A DNA stretch of 17,205 bases from Candidatus Hydrogenedentota bacterium (lineage in GTDB: Bacteria > Hydrogenedentota > Hydrogenedentia > Hydrogenedentales > GCA-2746185): contig JAYGCN010000004.1 in NCBI GenBank assembly GCA_046583315.1, positions 1 through 17,205 on the forward strand, in the 5' to 3' direction. Shown one piece after another: positions 14,356 through 17,205 of the stretch. Under the pieces are notes generated by a model, which was not told where the DNA came from, ran no database searches, and saw only the letters and a list, made by a program, of their open reading frames with translations. The position numbers were made by a program, and so were the translations under genes. Every line of letters begins with the position of its first letter. The stretch's first letter is position 1.

Positions 14356-15167
14356 ACTGGCGAAACGTGGTCACATACGGATTGTTGGCCGTGGGGGCGC
14401 TTCTGGCACTCTACCCTTTCGCGTGGATGCTTGGCACGTCACTGATGACGCTGCAAGAATCGACCTCGGCTTCGTTGAGCCTGATTCCGGATGAGCCGCA
14501 ATGGCAGAATTATCCCGATGCGATGTCGTCGGCCCCCTTTGCTCGCTATTTCGGAAACACCTTTGCCATCGCCATCACAATTTCCTTGATGACGATGATT
14601 ACGGCAGTGATGGCTGGCTATGCTTTTGCGCGCTTGCACTTTGTCGGGCGGCGCGTATTGTTCGCTACTATCATTGCGACGATGATGGTTCCATTTGAGG
14701 CATTGATCATTCCCAACTACGTTCTGATTACCAAATTGGAGTGGTACGATACCTATCAGGCACTCATCATTCCCTGGTGTGCGAATGCGTTTTCCATATT
14801 CCTGATGCGCCAGGCCTATGCCTCCACACCTTCGGAGTATTACGACGCGGCGGTTATCGACGGATGCGGCCACATTCGATTTCTGCTCTTCATTGCGACA
14901 CCGATCGTGCGCCCCACGGTGTTAATCGTGGGACTCTTCGCGTTTTTGGCCAGTTACAATGCGTTGCTATGGCCGATGATCGTCACGGGTTCCGAGTCGA
15001 TGCACATGATTCAAGTGGGCCTTGCGCTGTTCGCGACCGATGCCGGCGTGCGCACCAATTTACTCATGGCCGCGTCCGTCGTTGTAATCGTGCCGGTACT
15101 GCTTCTATACTTTGCTACACAGCGGACCTTTGTGGATGCCGCGACGAATTCCGGATTGAAGGGATAG
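14352..15167 (+). CDS. Carbohydrate ABC transporter permease (CUT1, UgpE/MalG-like)
   Basis: ATGA overlap with the previous gene. Motifs PFAWML.TS, WQNY, AGYAFARLHF.GR, TMMVP, IFLMRQ, EAA loop YYDAAVIDGC, WP, Q+.FV. Confidence 0.93.
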   Translation: MNWRNVVTYGLLAVGALLALYPFAWMLGTSLMTLQESTSASLSLIPDEPQWQNYPDAMSSAPFARYFGNTFAIAITISLMTMITAVMAGYAFARLHFVGRRVLFATIIATMMVPFEALIIPNYVLITKLEWYDTYQALIIPWCANAFSIFLMRQAYASTPSEYYDAAVIDGCGHIRFLLFIATPIVRPTVLIVGLFAFLASYNALLWPMIVTGSESMHMIQVGLALFATDAGVRTNLLMAASVVVIVPVLLLYFATQRTFVDAATNSGLKG

Positions 15168-15179
15168 GAAAGGGCGAAG

Positions 15180-16508
15180 ATGCCTGGACGTGTTTTGCTC
15201 AGCGTGTATCGATGGACAGTACCCGCGGTTCTTGTAGCCATGATTGTGTCGTGTTCACCGTCTGGCACAGGCTCGTCGGAGAAGGGCTCTGATTCGCGCT
15301 CCTTCAGGCCGCTTGAGGCAGACACGGCAATCTTCTGGGACCGTCAGACGTCTGATTCAGCGGATGAATTGGCAGCGATTGTTGATGAATACAATGCCTC
15401 ACACGAAGGCGTTCCGATCAAAGCGGTTTCCACGGGAAACTACGGCGATATTTACAAAAAAGTGGTTGCCAGTACGCGCGCGGGAGTGTTGCCCGCCATG
15501 GCCGTCGCCTATGAAAACATGACGGCTGAGTACATGCGGCAAGGCGCGGTGAAATCGCTGGACGACTACATTGCTAATCCCGAAACGGGTTTGTCGGAAG
15601 AAGAGTTGAACGACTTTTTCCCCGCCATGCTTGACACGAATCGATTCGCGCAGTTTGATGGGCAGACCCTTTCGTTTCCCTACACCAAAAGCGTTCTCGT
15701 CATGTACTACAATCTGGATGTGATGCGGGCAGCGGGTCTTGATGCGCCGCCCACTACGTGGGAAGAGTTCGTCGAACAATGCCGCGTCATCAAACAGAAA
15801 ACGGGCAAATTCGGTATCGCTCTGGATGTGGATTGCTCGACCATCAGCGGGATTATTTTCAGCATGGGCGGAGAAATTCTTGGTGCCGGTGAAACGTTGT
15901 ACGATTCACCCGCGTCGATCCGAACGTTCGAATTGATTGAGACGCTCATGCGAGAAAAACTGGCGTACCAGATCCCGCCGCGTACGTTTAATGATGAGAC
16001 TTCGTTCGGAAACGACGAGATCGCGTTCATCCTGAGAACGAGCGCGCAACGACCGTACTTGAAGAATCTTATTCCTGATAGCAACACATGGGGGATCGCT
16101 GCGATTCCGCAGGCCGACCCCGCCGATCCACACACGGCCCTCTTCGGCGGGAACGTCACACTGTTCCAGACGACACCCGAACAACAGGCGAGCGCATGGG
16201 GTTTCATGAAATATTTCACCAGTCCGGAAACGACCGCGCGCTGGGCCCTGGCGACGGGTTATTTACCGGTGCGTCGATCGGCTGCTGACGATCCTGCGCT
16301 ACAGGCCTTCTGGGCGGAATGGCCCAGCAACAAGACCGCATTCGATTGTCTGGAGTTCGCAAAACCGGAGCCGAACATTCTGGCCTGGCAGGAGATCCGA
16401 TCCCTTGTAGAAAAAGCGGAGACGGCGGTGATAGCGGGAATGAAAAGCGGACGCGAGGCGGCTGAGGATTTGAAAAGGGATGCAGACGCGCTAATCAAGA
16501 AACAGTGA
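15180..16508 (+). CDS. ABC transporter substrate-binding lipoprotein (SBP family 1, UgpB-like)
   Basis: Signal peptide ending MIVS-C. Motifs GNYGDIYKK, PYTKSVLVMYYNLD, PPTTWEE, AWGFMKYFTSPE, WALATGYLPVR. Follows two CUT1 permeases. Confidence 0.9.
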   Translation: MPGRVLLSVYRWTVPAVLVAMIVSCSPSGTGSSEKGSDSRSFRPLEADTAIFWDRQTSDSADELAAIVDEYNASHEGVPIKAVSTGNYGDIYKKVVASTRAGVLPAMAVAYENMTAEYMRQGAVKSLDDYIANPETGLSEEELNDFFPAMLDTNRFAQFDGQTLSFPYTKSVLVMYYNLDVMRAAGLDAPPTTWEEFVEQCRVIKQKTGKFGIALDVDCSTISGIIFSMGGEILGAGETLYDSPASIRTFELIETLMREKLAYQIPPRTFNDETSFGNDEIAFILRTSAQRPYLKNLIPDSNTWGIAAIPQADPADPHTALFGGNVTLFQTTPEQQASAWGFMKYFTSPETTARWALATGYLPVRRSAADDPALQAFWAEWPSNKTAFDCLEFAKPEPNILAWQEIRSLVEKAETAVIAGMKSGREAAEDLKRDADALIKKQ

Positions 16509-16522
16509 TAGGGCAGCGCAAC

Positions 16523-16744
16523 TTAGGTCTGGTCGTGTTCTTCCGCAAAATCGCCCAGCGCTTCTTCGATCTGTTGCTCGTGTTTGCGCTTGAGAAACTC
16601 AGAATCCGATTTACGACGCATCATGTTTCGGCGATCCCCGTCTATGGAAGTATCGCGCTGTCGTCGATTGCTGGAGCCGCGTCGATCCGGCTGCAGATCG
16701 CCATTGGAATCTTTATAGTAGCCCTCTGGAACTGGATTTGACAC
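16523..16744 (-). CDS. Small hydrophilic protein (73 aa) with DRR/NRR repeats
   Basis: GTG at 16744 is preceded by GAGGGG 5 nt upstream and by its own promoter. Sequence: MSNPVPEGYYKDSNGDLQPDRRGSSNRRQRDTSIDGDRRNMMRRKSD...EEHDQT. Confidence 0.7.
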   Translation of the reverse strand: MSNPVPEGYYKDSNGDLQPDRRGSSNRRQRDTSIDGDRRNMMRRKSDSEFLKRKHEQQIEEALGDFAEEHDQT

Positions 16745-16778
16745 GATATCCCCTCTTGATAGCGTTTTCTCTGAACCA

Positions 16779-16807
16779 AGTATACTTTCAATCTCGAAAT
16801 GCGTCAA
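16779..16807 (-). promoter_or_regulatory. Sigma70 promoter of the small DRR-repeat gene
   Basis: Minus strand TTGACG (16807-16802), 17 nt, TATACT (16784-16779). The TTG that the ORF track uses as a start is the -35 box. Confidence 0.7.
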
Positions 16808-16820
16808 GCGAATCCGCCTA

Positions 16821-17204
16821 TTATTTAAGAATCGGCTTTATCCATTCGAGTATATTCGGGCCGATTTGAGCGTTGCCGACGAGCAGAGCGGTGCCGTGTG
16901 AGGAGCCCAGATAGGTGCGCCGTTCGGCGTAGGATGGGGAGGAGTCGGTCAGCGTCTTGACGGACGATGCGGAGTAGGTGTCTCCTTCGGCAGCAACGAG
17001 CAGCAGGGGCAGACGTCGATTCTTTTTGACTTTCGATTCAATGCTGACGCCCTTGTATGAGAGACCGGGCGACAATGCGATCACCGCCTGTATTTTCGAA
17101 TCGGCAACGCCGCAGTGAATGGCCAGATTTCCGCCGATGCTCGCGCCCACAATGAAAATATTGTCCGGATCGGCTCCGGAATCGAGCAGATGTTGCTTGG
17201 CCAG
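16821..17204 (-). CDS. Alpha/beta-fold hydrolase, C-terminal part (5'-truncated by the window)
   Basis: Frame is open to the window edge (LAKQHLLDSGADPDNIFIV...). Nucleophile elbow GASIG, acid in AAEGD, His in SSHGT. Tandem stops TAA-TAG. Confidence 0.88.
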   Translation of the reverse strand: MAKQHLLDSGADPDNIFIVGASIGGNLAIHCGVADSKIQAVIALSPGLSYKGVSIESKVKKNRRLPLLLVAAEGDTYSASSVKTLTDSSPSYAERRTYLGSSHGTALLVGNAQIGPNILEWIKPILK

Positions 17205-17205
17205 G

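Noticed and set aside
16745..16807. N-terminal extension from the TTG at 16807
   Set aside because: The TTG is the -35 box of a near-consensus promoter, and the SD supports GTG 16744.

Overview
Bacterial, diderm (LPS-making) genomic window with no RNA genes, mobile elements or CRISPR array detected. The left half (+ strand) has the 3' end of a large acidic Ig-like surface protein and a PEGA-repeat/FGE-sulfatase-fold protein. These are followed by an unusual type IV filament envelope module: a PilM-PilN fusion, a PilO-like protein, a membrane-anchored PilP/GspC-like protein and a 962-aa secretin. The secretin carries N-terminal TPRs, Gly-rich insertions and a GGD tandem repeat. waaA (Kdo transferase) follows. 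The right half has a minus-strand lipoprotein with a PPC-like domain and two CHRD-like domains, a divergent ATPase-less carbohydrate ABC operon (two permeases plus a binding lipoprotein), a small Arg/Asp-rich protein and the 3' part of an alpha/beta hydrolase. The most interesting object is the secretin module, which mixes T4aP features (PilM ATP-site motifs, MNOPQ order) with T2SS-like topology (GspL-like M+N fusion, GspC-like anchored P, no recognisable AMIN domains). Several near-consensus sigma70 promoters, dyads and a direct repeat are readable and correct some ORF starts. All family calls come from recognising motifs by eye, not from database searches.
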